Shown piece after piece: positions 1 to 9,157 of a stretch of DNA of 64,000 nt (positions within the stretch are counted from its first letter, which is position 1; every line of letters starts with the position of its first letter). Under the pieces are notes generated by a model. It searched no databases and was not told the DNA's origin. It worked only from the letters and a program-made list of their open reading frames with translations. Source of the DNA: Alphaproteobacteria bacterium (GTDB taxonomy: Bacteria > Pseudomonadota > Alphaproteobacteria > Holosporales > JBOFFI01). The position numbers and the translations under genes were made by a program. The stretch spans positions 843 to 64,842 of the forward strand of contig JBOFFI010000041.1 in NCBI GenBank assembly GCA_051648545.1, read 5' to 3'.

Positions 1-430
1 TTTCTTGGGGCAAGCAAACCGTTGAGCAGGTGAGAATTTTCAAAACACCTTTCAAAAAAACAGGTTTACCTGCTTCTCTTGCAACTATCTTGAGGGGAAC
101 ACGAACTTGCTCAGTATAAACATGGGCTATTTCCTGGGCCGTCTCGGTTTCTTTTCCAAAGGGCCACGTGGGGGTTGCATCCTTTAGGTTTTCAGAGCCA
201 TGCCACACAACCTCAGGGGGATAAACAAGGGTGTCCGAAGCATCTGGTGGTGCATACATTTTCCAACCATCAGCAAGTTGAATTGATAAAATAAGCCCGC
301 CTTCTCCCTTTTCAAGGGAAAAAGACTCTGTCAGCACATCCAATCTCACAGAATGATTTTCAACACCATAAAGTTGGGATATAATGAGGACGTAAAAAGT
401 CAGGCATAGCTGTGTGAGTTTTCGAAACAT
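1..430 (-). CDS. Partial CDS (N-terminal ~143 aa; 3' end lies outside the window): exported DsbD/ScsB-type thiol:disulfide interchange protein, N-terminal-domain-like
   Basis: Absent from the ORF track because it runs off the window. Hand translation of the minus strand from the ATG at 430..428 gives MFRKLTQLCLTFYVLIISQLYG (signal-like), then ...LADGWKMYAPPDASDTLVYPPEVVWHGSENL...LTCSTVCLPQE. The GW-x-Y...P...W pattern with paired Cys resembles the DsbD N-terminal domain. Confidence 0.5.
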   Translation of the reverse strand, partial: MFRKLTQLCLTFYVLIISQLYGVENHSVRLDVLTESFSLEKGEGGLILSIQLADGWKMYAPPDASDTLVYPPEVVWHGSENLKDATPTWPFGKETETAQEIAHVYTEQVRVPLKIVAREAGKPVFLKGVLKILTCSTVCLPQE

Positions 431-508
431 GGTGCTTCCAGGCTTTATGATAGGGAGAAGCCAGCTTAAGTATACGTTAAGTTGGTGTTGAAGGTAAAGG
501 TTTTTTGA

Positions 509-1111
509 ATGGCTATCGGATCAACAAAAGAAAAAAAACATAAAATTTCTGAATTTTCTGGCTATCTAACGGGGAGTCTTTTGGTCGCCATGCCCCACAT
601 TTCAGATGCACGCTTTCATAAATCTCTGGTTTTCGTCTGTGGTCATGATGAAAATGGCGCTATGGGGCTTGTCGTCAACCGGGTATTAGAAGAAATTACC
701 CTTAAAGATCTTTTTCAGCAGATGAACATGGAAGCAAGTCCTGCCTGCGAGAACTATCCTATTCATTTTGGGGGTCCTGTTGAAGGCGGCAAAGGCTTTG
801 TTTTGCACACAGCAGACTATCAGCAAGCAACAACTTTAATCATCAATGACCACTATGGGGTGACAGCAACCCTCGATATCCTCTCAGCCATTGCGGAAGA
901 AAAAGGCCCTAAATTTTCTATTTTAGCCCTTGGTTACGCAGGTTGGGGGCCAGGTCAGCTGGACACGGAACTCCAATCCAATAATTGGCTAGAAATTGAG
1001 CCCGACGAAACGTTGATTTTTCAAACACCTTATTGGAAAAAGTGGGAAGCTGCCATTTCCAAGCTTGGTATTGAAGAGATGATGTTAACACCCGATCTAG
1101 GTCACGCATAA
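509..1111 (+). CDS. YqgE/AlgH family (UPF0301) protein
   Basis: 200 aa. GSLLVAMPHISDARFHKSLVFVCGHDENGAMGLVVNR and YAGWGPGQLDTEL are the typical YqgE/AlgH signatures. Confidence 0.8.
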   Translation: MAIGSTKEKKHKISEFSGYLTGSLLVAMPHISDARFHKSLVFVCGHDENGAMGLVVNRVLEEITLKDLFQQMNMEASPACENYPIHFGGPVEGGKGFVLHTADYQQATTLIINDHYGVTATLDILSAIAEEKGPKFSILALGYAGWGPGQLDTELQSNNWLEIEPDETLIFQTPYWKKWEAAISKLGIEEMMLTPDLGHA

Positions 1112-1199
1112 AACCCATGGCCTAGGTGCTTAATCAAAGCGCTACATTTGGGATGACATTTCAAGCGTCTGGTTTTAGGATGGGGAGATATTTTCACAT

Positions 1200-1991
1200 A
1201 TGGATCCTCGGATGAAGACATACCAAAAACCAACGAAATCTTTTTCAAAACAGGCAGACCCAGGTATTTGGCTGTGGGGTATTCACCCGGTTAAGGCTGC
1301 GCTGGAAAACCCGCGACGAACATGTCACCACCTGTGGTGCACGCCAGATCTTTTTGAAAAGGCACATTCATGGGCGGCTTCCAGGCGCCAGGAAATAACC
1401 ATCCAAAAAGTCGATAAGCAAACCTTAGACTTGAAATTTCCCCAAGCGGTTCACCAAGGCGTTGCTTTATGCGTTGCGCCTTTGCCTTCCCTCAACCTCT
1501 CGGAGTTCTGTCAGCAGGCTTGTGATACATCGGTGGTGCTGATTTTAGACCACGTCACAGACCCCCACAATGTGGGCGCCCTTTTGAGGGTGGGAGCTGC
1601 CCTCGGGGTGAGCGCCTTGCTGCTGACTGAAAAGCATGCGCCGCCGTTTCAAGGCGCCCTTGCGAAGAGCGCTTCGGGTGCTTTGGAGCATATCCCCATC
1701 ATCGTCGTAAGCAACCTTGCCCAGGCCCTGGATGCTTTGAAAAAAAGTGGGTTTTGGTGCATTGGCTTGGCTGAGGAGGGGGCCGTTCCCCTCCCCGAAG
1801 TTTCCCTGGGTGAAAAACTAGCCTTAGTTTTGGGTGCTGAAGGTGAAGGGATGCGAAGGCTTACTCGGGAACGTTGCGATGTTTTGGCGTTTCTCCCAAC
1901 GTCTCCCACGTTTAGCACGTTGAATGTCTCAACAGCAGGAGCCATTGCGCTCTATGAGCTGCAGTCCCGTAAACCGGTTTTGAAGGGCTAG
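1200..1991 (+). CDS. rlmB: SpoU/TrmH-family RNA 2'-O-methyltransferase, RlmB-like (23S rRNA Gm2251)
   Basis: 263 aa. N-terminal substrate-binding part (WLWGIHPVKAAL), then SpoU motifs LDHVTDPHNVGALLR, LVLGAEGEGMR and LNVSTAGAIALYE. Confidence 0.8.
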   Translation: MDPRMKTYQKPTKSFSKQADPGIWLWGIHPVKAALENPRRTCHHLWCTPDLFEKAHSWAASRRQEITIQKVDKQTLDLKFPQAVHQGVALCVAPLPSLNLSEFCQQACDTSVVLILDHVTDPHNVGALLRVGAALGVSALLLTEKHAPPFQGALAKSASGALEHIPIIVVSNLAQALDALKKSGFWCIGLAEEGAVPLPEVSLGEKLALVLGAEGEGMRRLTRERCDVLAFLPTSPTFSTLNVSTAGAIALYELQSRKPVLKG

Positions 1992-1998
1992 CCATGCT

Positions 1999-2940
1999 AT
2001 GACAACATCCCCCCATGTGCATGGTGCATCTCAAGCTTCGGCGCCCCTGCCAACCCAAGGGCAAAAGGATCAGGCCAAAGCTTGGTATGAGCAGTTGCAA
2101 ACTTCCATTTGTGAAGGCCTTGAACAGATTGAAGCTTCTTTTTTGGGAACAGCTTCAAACGTTCCCGTGTTTCGCCGTAAATCCTGGGAGAGGACCGGCG
2201 GCGGCGGCGGAACCATGGCACTGCTCGGGGGGAATGTGTTTGAAAAAGCAGGGGTTAACGTTTCCACCGTCTGGGGCGCTTTTTCACCTGACATGCAAGC
2301 GCAAGTTCCTGGCGCCCAAGAAAATCCCCATTTTTGGGCATCTGGCATCTCTTTGGTCATCCACCCGCGCTCTCCCCACGTGCCTGCGATTCACATGAAC
2401 ACACGTCACATCGTCACCTCGTGTTCTTGGTTTGGCGGGGGGATCGACCTCACCCCCGTTTTCCCTAGGGAAGAAGATTCAGCCTATTTCCACGAAGGCC
2501 TGAGGGAGGTGTGTGATGCGTTTCATCCCACCTATTACCCCCATTTTAAACAGTGGGCTGATACCTACTTTTATCTACCCCATCGCCAAGAAGCTCGCGG
2601 CATTGGCGGCATTTTCTACGACAGCTTAAACAGCGGAGACTGGCAACGAGATTTCGCGTTTAACCAAGCAGTGGGAGAACGCTTTCTGCCCCTTTACCGA
2701 GAGCTCGTCATGCGCCACCTGCAGACCCCCTGGACCCCAGCTGAGAAGGAGGCCCAACGCCGCAAACGCGGTCGTTACGTAGAATTCAACCTGCTTTATG
2801 ACAGGGGCACCCAATTTGGGCTGCGCACGGGGGGCAATGTGGAGGCTATTTTAATGTCGCTACCTCCAGAAGTGGCCTGGCCGCTTCCCTTGAATGAGCG
2901 TCCTCTGGGTGAAGATGCCGAAAACGATGCAGCTCTGTGA
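1999..2940 (+). CDS. hemF: Oxygen-dependent coproporphyrinogen III oxidase
   Basis: 313 aa. WERTGGGGGTMALLGGNVFEKAGVNVS, HPRSPHVPAIHMNTRH, GIGGIFYD and YVEFNLLYDRGTQFGL are HemF hallmarks. Confidence 0.9.
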   Translation: MTTSPHVHGASQASAPLPTQGQKDQAKAWYEQLQTSICEGLEQIEASFLGTASNVPVFRRKSWERTGGGGGTMALLGGNVFEKAGVNVSTVWGAFSPDMQAQVPGAQENPHFWASGISLVIHPRSPHVPAIHMNTRHIVTSCSWFGGGIDLTPVFPREEDSAYFHEGLREVCDAFHPTYYPHFKQWADTYFYLPHRQEARGIGGIFYDSLNSGDWQRDFAFNQAVGERFLPLYRELVMRHLQTPWTPAEKEAQRRKRGRYVEFNLLYDRGTQFGLRTGGNVEAILMSLPPEVAWPLPLNERPLGEDAENDAAL

Positions 2941-3787
2941 ACAGCTTCAGGTTTGGGCAGAGGCTTTTTTCCCAGATCTTTCAAAAGAAGACGCGCTCCG
3001 TGAGGTGAAGGCTGTTGTCTTAGAGGCCCTCCAGTGGAATGTGCTGACTTTACTTGAGAACCTTAAAGCGCCTATGGCATTAGAAAAAGGCCTTCAGGTG
3101 GAGGCTTTGCTTCAACGACGCGCCGCAGGAGAGCCCCTCTCGCGCATCCGGGGAACGAAAGGTTTTTGGAAACACACGTTTGGGATCAGCACAGACACCC
3201 TTGACCCGCGCCCTGAAACGGAGGGTGTGATTGAACAAGCTCTCAGCTTTTTCCAAGATCGCCCCACACCCCAAACCATCTTAGATCTGGGAACAGGAAG
3301 TGGTTGCTTGCTTATAAGCCTGTTGCTAGAGTTTCCCCAAGCTTGGGGATTTGGCGTTGATATCAGCCAAGCGGCGTTGAAGCTAGCGCGGTGTAATGCG
3401 TTTTCCCTTGGAGCTTCCCCTCGGGTCTCTTGGCTCTGTGGCCATTGGGCAGACATGCTAAGGCTGAGCCCACACATGGATCTGATCGTCTCGAATCCGC
3501 CCTATATCGAAACGGCTGAAATCCCAACCCTCTCCCCTGAAGTGCGTTGCCATGATCCCCTGCTGGCGTTGGATGGTGGAGGCGATGGTTTGGCTTGTTA
3601 TCGACATTTAATTCCACAAGCGGCGCAACTTCTTTCCCCTCAAGGCTGTTTGATTCTGGAAATAGGAAACACCCAAGGAGCGGCCGTTCAGTCGCTTTTG
3701 GCGCCTTTTTTTCAACACATTCATTTGATTCAAGATTTATCTGGACATAACCGCATTATATTCGCCCATGGTCCTGCGAAATTCTAA
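2894..3787 (+). CDS. prmC: Release-factor glutamine N5-methyltransferase PrmC (HemK)
   Basis: 297 aa ORF. SAM motif ILDLGTGSGCLLISL and catalytic IVSNPPYI. The true start is probably a few codons downstream (Met at 2915 or 2927), because the ORF overlaps the hemF 3' end. Confidence 0.85.
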   Translation: MSVLWVKMPKTMQLCEQLQVWAEAFFPDLSKEDALREVKAVVLEALQWNVLTLLENLKAPMALEKGLQVEALLQRRAAGEPLSRIRGTKGFWKHTFGISTDTLDPRPETEGVIEQALSFFQDRPTPQTILDLGTGSGCLLISLLLEFPQAWGFGVDISQAALKLARCNAFSLGASPRVSWLCGHWADMLRLSPHMDLIVSNPPYIETAEIPTLSPEVRCHDPLLALDGGGDGLACYRHLIPQAAQLLSPQGCLILEIGNTQGAAVQSLLAPFFQHIHLIQDLSGHNRIIFAHGPAKF

Positions 3788-4344
3788 GTTTTTTTAAAGA
3801 ATAGGAAGATTTTTTTTCGAAATTTCCAAACAATCCAAAAAAGCAACCCAAACGCAACACCCGCCAACACAAACGTGCGTTGGGTAGGTGTTATACGGTT
3901 CATCAAAAAATCCCCGAAAAAATAGCCTGCCGAACAACTTAAAACCGACCAAATTGCTGCCGCAATAACGTTAAGAATGGCAAAACGGGGAAATGTCACA
4001 CCAGCGGCTCCGATAATCACGGGGCTGATCGTGCGAATGCCATAGATGAAACGAAAGCTTAGGATGAAAGCCGTGTCATACTTATGCAGCAGCTCAAAGG
4101 CGCGCTGGGAAGGCGCTTCTAGCTTAGGGAAGCGCTGGATAATTCGCAAACCGAAGTGGCTGCCTACAAAAAACAAAAGCTGGTCCGCAATCACAGTCCC
4201 GGTGAAAGAAATGAGAATGATCTTTAATAAGGAAAGATAACCTTGGGAAGCCAAAAAGCCCGCAGTTAAGATGACCGATTCGCCCTCGACCAAAGAACCC
4301 AGAAAAACTGCGAGATAACCCCACTCTTGGATAAATGCTTCCAT
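3784..4344 (-). CDS. DedA family inner-membrane protein
   Basis: 186 aa. WGYLAVFLGSLVEGESVILTAGFLASQG, RFIYGIRTISPVIIGA and several TM segments. Its 3' end overlaps the convergent prmC by 4 nt. Confidence 0.8.
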   Translation of the reverse strand: MEAFIQEWGYLAVFLGSLVEGESVILTAGFLASQGYLSLLKIILISFTGTVIADQLLFFVGSHFGLRIIQRFPKLEAPSQRAFELLHKYDTAFILSFRFIYGIRTISPVIIGAAGVTFPRFAILNVIAAAIWSVLSCSAGYFFGDFLMNRITPTQRTFVLAGVAFGLLFWIVWKFRKKIFLFFKKT

Positions 4345-4380
4345 GAATTAAAATCCTCTTGTGCCATGCATCAATATCTC

Positions 4381-5358
4381 TCATACCTCATCTAGCGTTT
4401 CCGGAGGCTCAACCCCCATCAACAGAGAAGCAAAAGAATCTGCCCGAAAAGGTTGAAGATCCTCAATACCTTCTCCCAAGCCAATAGCATGGAAGGGAAG
4501 CCGAAACGCCTCTGCAAGGCCAACCAAAACGCCCCCTTTAGCCGTCCCGTCTAGTTTTGTCATAATCAAACCTGTCAACGCAACCGTTTTTTGGAACAGC
4601 TCCACCTGAGAAAAAGCGTTTTGGCCAACGGTTCCATCCAAAACCAAAACACAGCTGTGGGGTGCTTCTGGATCATGCTTCTTCAAAACGCGCACAAGCT
4701 TACTCAGCTCTTCCATCAAATGGGCTTTGTTCTGAAGCCGGCCTGCCGTATCCACCAAAAGGATGTCCTCGTGGTTCTGACACGCAGCCTGGTAAGCTTC
4801 AAAGAGCAAACCCGCTGAATCAGCCCCTTGCTTGCCTTGCTGTAGTGGAACGTTAGATCTGGAAGCCCAAACCGCAAGCTGTTCAACAGCCGCAGCCCGA
4901 AAGGTGTCTCCCGCCACCAGACGCAGGGTATAGCCTTGGGCCTTCCAAAGAGCCGCCAGCTTACCGAGGGTTGTTGTTTTTCCACTTCCATTTACCCCAA
5001 CCATCAAACAAACCCATGGTTTGCCCAATTTTTTTTCAGGAATGAGGGGCTTCTCGCAAGGCTGGAGCAGTTGCTTCATTTCATTTGCCAAAAAAGTCTG
5101 AACTTTTTCTGGATCAAAGGGAGTTGGAAATCGCTGTTGGCGGACCCGCTCAACCAATCGAGTGCTCACCGAAACGCCTAGGTCAGCCTGAAGCAGAAGC
5201 TCTTCCAAAGCCTCCAACGTTGTAGCGTCTACCTTGCGGTGCTTGAGGAGCGAGACAACTTGGGTTCCTAAGGCCTGTGAAGATTTTTTAAGTCCTTGCT
5301 TTAAACGCTTGAACCACCCGCCAGAACCTTCCCCTGAAGATGCTTTTGAAACAGACAT
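4381..5358 (-). CDS. ftsY: Signal recognition particle receptor FtsY
   Basis: 325 aa. SRP-GTPase motifs MVGVNGSGKTTTLGKLA, DTAGRL, TKLDGTAKGG. Confidence 0.92.
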   Translation of the reverse strand: MSVSKASSGEGSGGWFKRLKQGLKKSSQALGTQVVSLLKHRKVDATTLEALEELLLQADLGVSVSTRLVERVRQQRFPTPFDPEKVQTFLANEMKQLLQPCEKPLIPEKKLGKPWVCLMVGVNGSGKTTTLGKLAALWKAQGYTLRLVAGDTFRAAAVEQLAVWASRSNVPLQQGKQGADSAGLLFEAYQAACQNHEDILLVDTAGRLQNKAHLMEELSKLVRVLKKHDPEAPHSCVLVLDGTVGQNAFSQVELFQKTVALTGLIMTKLDGTAKGGVLVGLAEAFRLPFHAIGLGEGIEDLQPFRADSFASLLMGVEPPETLDEV

Positions 5359-5365
5359 TTTCTAG

Positions 5366-6631
5366 CTAGGCTCTCCCAACTTGAAGCACACCATTTTCAA
5401 CGGCTTTAACCCTACCCTTCATGATGGTTTTATCAAGGGGGGCAACACCTTCAAATTTAGCAGGTGCAAAATGCTCTGTATAGCCAAAACCCTGTTGCTC
5501 AGCTAAAACCGATACGGTTTTTCCTACAAAGCTATCCAGGGTAGCCATCTGCCGAGCCTCCCCCACGTAACGAAGGCGAGCGGCACGTTCTTTGATGATG
5601 GACTGTGGCACTTGGGGCATTTTAGCAGCCGGTGTGCCAGCCCTTTGAGAGTAAGGAAAAACATGGAGGTAGGAAAGCCCACACTGCTCCACCAATGCCA
5701 GGGTTTCTTGAAACATTTCCTCTGTTTCTGTTGGGAACCCAACAATCAAGTCGGCGCCAAAAATAGCCTCTGGACGCAGCGTTCTCACCTGTTCACACAA
5801 GGCAATCGCATCCTCCCGCAGATGGCGGCGTTTCATGCGTTTGAGGATAAGGTTGGCACCAGCCTGAAGGCTTAGATGAAAATGCGGCATCAAACGCTGC
5901 TCTTGTTGGATACATTCTAACAGAAGTGGATCGACCTCCACAGGGTCTAGGGAAGACAAACGCAGGCGAGGCAGCTCTGGCACCTGCTGAAAAATACGCT
6001 GAACCAGGCGGCCTAATGTGGGCTTTCCTGGTAAATCTTGGCCATAGTCTGTGATATCAACCCCTGTAAGCACAACCTCTTGAAATCCTTGCTGAACCAA
6101 CACATGCAGCTGATCTATGATAAAACCCGCAGGGGTGCTGCGGTTATTACCACGTCCATAGGGGATGGTGCAGAAAGTGCAACGGTGGTTACAACCATTT
6201 TGAATTTCGATAAACGCGCGGGCTTTAGATTCAAAACCTGTCACCAAGTGATGAGCTGTTTCTTTGACTTTCATGATGTCTTGAACCAGCACGCGCTGGG
6301 GAATTTCTGGCTTAAAATTCTCACCCTGCAGCTTGTCTTGGTTTCCCAAAACGCGGTCCACCTCAGGCATGGCCTCAAACACCTTGGGACGAATCTGGAC
6401 AGCACATCCGGTTACGATGATCATAGCCTCTGGATGCTCACGCCGCATCTTCCGAATGGTCTGACGCGCTTTACGTTCTGCTTCTGCTGTTACCGCACAT
6501 GTATTCACAATGATGGCATTTTCAAGCCCAGCTTGCTTTGCGTGCTGGCGCATCACTTCAGATTCATAAGTGTTCAGGCGACAGCCAAACGTTACAATTT
6601 GAGGCTCTTCCATCCTATCATTTCCATCCAT
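5366..6631 (-). CDS. mtaB: Radical-SAM methylthiotransferase, MtaB-like (MiaB family)
   Basis: 421 aa. N-terminal MTTase domain (TFGCRLNTYESE), radical-SAM CxxxCxxC (GCNHRCTFCTIP) and a C-terminal TRAM-like region. An alternative start at Met7 (6613) is possible. Confidence 0.8.
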   Translation of the reverse strand: MDGNDRMEEPQIVTFGCRLNTYESEVMRQHAKQAGLENAIIVNTCAVTAEAERKARQTIRKMRREHPEAMIIVTGCAVQIRPKVFEAMPEVDRVLGNQDKLQGENFKPEIPQRVLVQDIMKVKETAHHLVTGFESKARAFIEIQNGCNHRCTFCTIPYGRGNNRSTPAGFIIDQLHVLVQQGFQEVVLTGVDITDYGQDLPGKPTLGRLVQRIFQQVPELPRLRLSSLDPVEVDPLLLECIQQEQRLMPHFHLSLQAGANLILKRMKRRHLREDAIALCEQVRTLRPEAIFGADLIVGFPTETEEMFQETLALVEQCGLSYLHVFPYSQRAGTPAAKMPQVPQSIIKERAARLRYVGEARQMATLDSFVGKTVSVLAEQQGFGYTEHFAPAKFEGVAPLDKTIMKGRVKAVENGVLQVGRA

Positions 6632-6680
6632 TGAATACCCACAAGGAAACTATAGCAAAAAAAAGCACCCACGAGGGGGT

Positions 6681-6709
6681 AAAAAAAGGAGATTTTTAAA
6701 AAATCTCCT
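6681..6709 (-). terminator. Rho-independent terminator downstream of the XRE/S24 regulator gene
   Basis: Near-perfect palindrome aggagattttt/aaaaaatctcct at 6687..6709. On the minus strand it is followed by a 6-7 nt T run (plus-strand A run 6681..6687). Confidence 0.6.
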
Positions 6710-6786
6710 AAAAACAAAATTTTCAAGCCAAAACCCAGAGAAAAGCATTTTTTTCTGGGCCAAAGCTCTCCTAAAAAAACCAGCCC

Positions 6787-7629
6787 TTAATGGTCTTCCA
6801 GCGTCCCAATAATCTTATAAACAGCCCTCAATTCTTCTCGAGGGATGCTTTCTTTTCCCCTAGGCTCGTGTGCTGCAAAGGGGGAAACTAACAAGCATTC
6901 CTGATCCCAGCCCCAGAATTGACGAACCAACGCGTGGTCATTTTTTGTAAGCACGACCACAGAGCAGCGTGGTGACAAAGGCCTCGTTGTGTGAACAAAC
7001 AAAACATCTCCTGTCATATATTTAGGAGCATTTTCATCATCCTTCACATAAAGCGCAAAAGCCGTTGGAATCCCTAAAAGCTGCGGCGGACGGAAAGTCC
7101 AGTCTGCAGGGTTTATGAAATCGATGGTGGTAGCCTCTTGGGAAGCGCCCGGCAAAAGGCCCAGAGGTGTCGACACACTGTAGACCGGCAGGTCTTTTTG
7201 AGGCACAGCGGCTTCTGCTCCATGGTCATGGGGATAGGCATGGCCAATTTCATGATGGCTATCGTGTGCAACCCGAATATTGCGAGAAGACGGATTAGAA
7301 GAAGCACCTGAAAGATTCAACAGTTCTCCTGGCTGACACCCCAACACAGCGGAAAGACGTTCCAATAAGTCTGTATTTAAACGTCGGGCTCCTCCTTCAA
7401 GGCGCGAAAGGTAAGAAGGCGAGATGCCTGTAAGTTCTGACAAACCCTCAAGGGTCAGTCCACGGGCACGACGAAGCATTTTTAAGCTACTTTGCTTGCT
7501 GCGCCGCATCATATAAGCGGAATAGGGCCCTTCAAACTCATTGGTGTGGGAAGATTGTTGTTCTCCCTCATACCCATGATTTACAAACGTGAAGGGGGAG
7601 AGTTTTCTGATACGTTTTCCCGAATTCAT
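6787..7629 (-). CDS. XRE-family HTH transcriptional regulator with a C-terminal LexA/CI-type S24-like domain that appears catalytically degenerate
   Basis: 280 aa. HTH LRRARGLTLEGLSELTGISPSYLSRLEGGARRLNTDLLERLSAVLG, a His-rich linker (AHDSHHEIGHAYPHDHG), and an S24-like fold motif YVKDDENAPKYMTGDVLFVH...VVVLTKNDHALVRQF. Confidence 0.7.
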   Translation of the reverse strand: MNSGKRIRKLSPFTFVNHGYEGEQQSSHTNEFEGPYSAYMMRRSKQSSLKMLRRARGLTLEGLSELTGISPSYLSRLEGGARRLNTDLLERLSAVLGCQPGELLNLSGASSNPSSRNIRVAHDSHHEIGHAYPHDHGAEAAVPQKDLPVYSVSTPLGLLPGASQEATTIDFINPADWTFRPPQLLGIPTAFALYVKDDENAPKYMTGDVLFVHTTRPLSPRCSVVVLTKNDHALVRQFWGWDQECLLVSPFAAHEPRGKESIPREELRAVYKIIGTLEDH

Positions 7630-8238
7630 TTCGTGGCTCCTTTTTATTATCTGTTCCTAGAAGAGGAAATACCTTGCCTCGTTTTTCTAAACAAAGAACT
7701 TATGTAAAATATTTTGCCAAAAATTATTTTTTTGTCTAGAGAAAAAAAATAATAATAAAAATTTTATAAATTTTTTTCTTTTTTCGACACATTTTCTTAA
7801 AAAAACCATCAAAAAGTCAAGCTTTTTTTCGGAAAAAATTGCCTTATTTTTTTTATGAAGCAAATTATCTTCTTCCAGGCAAGCAAAACTGACATGAAAA
7901 AATAGATTTTTTGGGCTTTAAAAAGATCGTGTTGCGCAAAATTATACCAAATCTCAGATTAATTGAGGCGAATGCGAATGCGAGGGCAAGGCGAGGTTTG
8001 GGCAAGCATACATGCGCAAAGGATCTAGGCCTGTCTCCAAAGGGGTTAAGCTTCTGCTCCATAACCGATTTCAGTAAGTGCATCTACCAATGCTTTGATG
8101 CTACCAGGGCCACAGGCTCTACTTTTATGGGGTTAAAAGGTTCCTCCGATGGTTTTACCTTATCATTTCAGCGCCCAGTGAGATCCACAGCTACGGTTAT
8201 CTGGAATCTCACCCCCAGGATGTTCCCTAAACGGTTAA

Positions 8239-8275
8239 ACAAAAGGGCAAAAGGGCAAAAGGGCAAAAAAGCAAA
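8239..8275. repeat. Short tandem repeat (CAAAAGGG)x3 plus degenerate copies
   Basis: Read directly: aacaaaagggcaaaagggcaaaagggcaaaaaagcaaag, inside a ~760-bp non-coding gap. Confidence 0.9.
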
Positions 8276-8387
8276 GAAAAATCTGTTTAATTTCATGAGT
8301 CTATTAAATCCAAAAAATAATAAAAAACTAGAACATTAACTGCTTTTAAAGCACAGGAGAAACATGAAAAAGGATATGAAGGCCAAT

Positions 8388-8945
8388 TTATTGATGCATC
8401 TCTAGAACAAATTCTCCAAAAGAACCCTCTGGCAACATGCCATTTTCTTGCAAAATTTTCATGGCAATAAAAGCTTGTAGTTTCGTCCTTTTATCAAAAA
8501 AAATTCTGGGATTTGAAGCTAAATAAACCAGGTTTTCAAGAGCTTCTAGATGTAAAAATGAGCTATCATTTTGCTTAAAATAAGCATAAGATTTTTCAAG
8601 GAAACGGTCACCCCCCGGTTCGTCAAAAATGTTTTCCAGAGCTGTTTTTGAAGCTTTACGAAGTTTTTTACTTAAGCAATCCCCTGCATAATTGACTGCA
8701 ATTTCATAGTCTGGGTGATTTGGGTTTTTCAAAAGGCTCAAAAGTAATTTTTTGCCTTTTCCATGTTTTTTTTTGCTTTCATAAAGCGTTTTGGATGAAC
8801 TAAAATTTTTAGAATCCTTGAGAAATTTAACACGCTCAGGATGCAAAAATTCAAAGCTTTCGCTAGACACAAGCCCATTAGGCTTTGAGAAAGCATTCAC
8901 AGAATTAACCAAATTAAAAAACAAAAAACAATAAAAAAAATTCAT
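8388..8945 (-). CDS. Hypothetical exported protein (orphan) in an AT-rich segment
   Basis: The ORF track gives 8388..9041. An internal Met (8945) starts a classical signal peptide, MNFFYCFLFFNLVNSVNA|FSKP. The remainder is Lys-rich (KKKHGKGKK) with no family I recognise. Confidence 0.5.
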   Translation of the reverse strand: MNFFYCFLFFNLVNSVNAFSKPNGLVSSESFEFLHPERVKFLKDSKNFSSSKTLYESKKKHGKGKKLLLSLLKNPNHPDYEIAVNYAGDCLSKKLRKASKTALENIFDEPGGDRFLEKSYAYFKQNDSSFLHLEALENLVYLASNPRIFFDKRTKLQAFIAMKILQENGMLPEGSFGEFVLEMHQ

Positions 8946-9157
8946 CTTTATACCAATTTTTAAACAAACAATCCAAGTACCATAGATAAAAAAAATATCT
9001 ATAAAAGACATTTTAAATAGCACCTTTGAAACATTAGACAATTTTGAATGTTTGGATCTCCTCAGCGTGTCCTTCTTGTGTTCTGGCTAGATTCATGGCA
9101 GAAAGGGGGAGAAGAGAATCCAAGTCTTGTACAAAAAATAAAGGGCCACTTTTACAG

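Noticed and set aside
2015-2398. 127-aa ORF in an alternative frame within hemF, and similar same-strand overlapping ORFs (for example 41953-42258 in plsY, 60763-61011 in tatC)
   Set aside because: These are out-of-frame ORFs inside strongly supported genes. Their translations are low-complexity and have no independent start signals.
7860-8340. Possible two-piece alphaproteobacterial tmRNA, RNase P RNA or 6S RNA in the GC-richer core of the gap
   Set aside because: I translated all frames around gcgaatgcgaatgcgagg on both strands and found no tag-like ORF ending in ...AA-stop. There is no GGTTCGA-type T-loop followed by an acceptor strand and CCA, and no RNase P CR-I/CR-V strings (GAGGAAAGTCC, ACAGAACCCGGCTTA). 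The region is kept only as an unexplained non-coding core in the findings.
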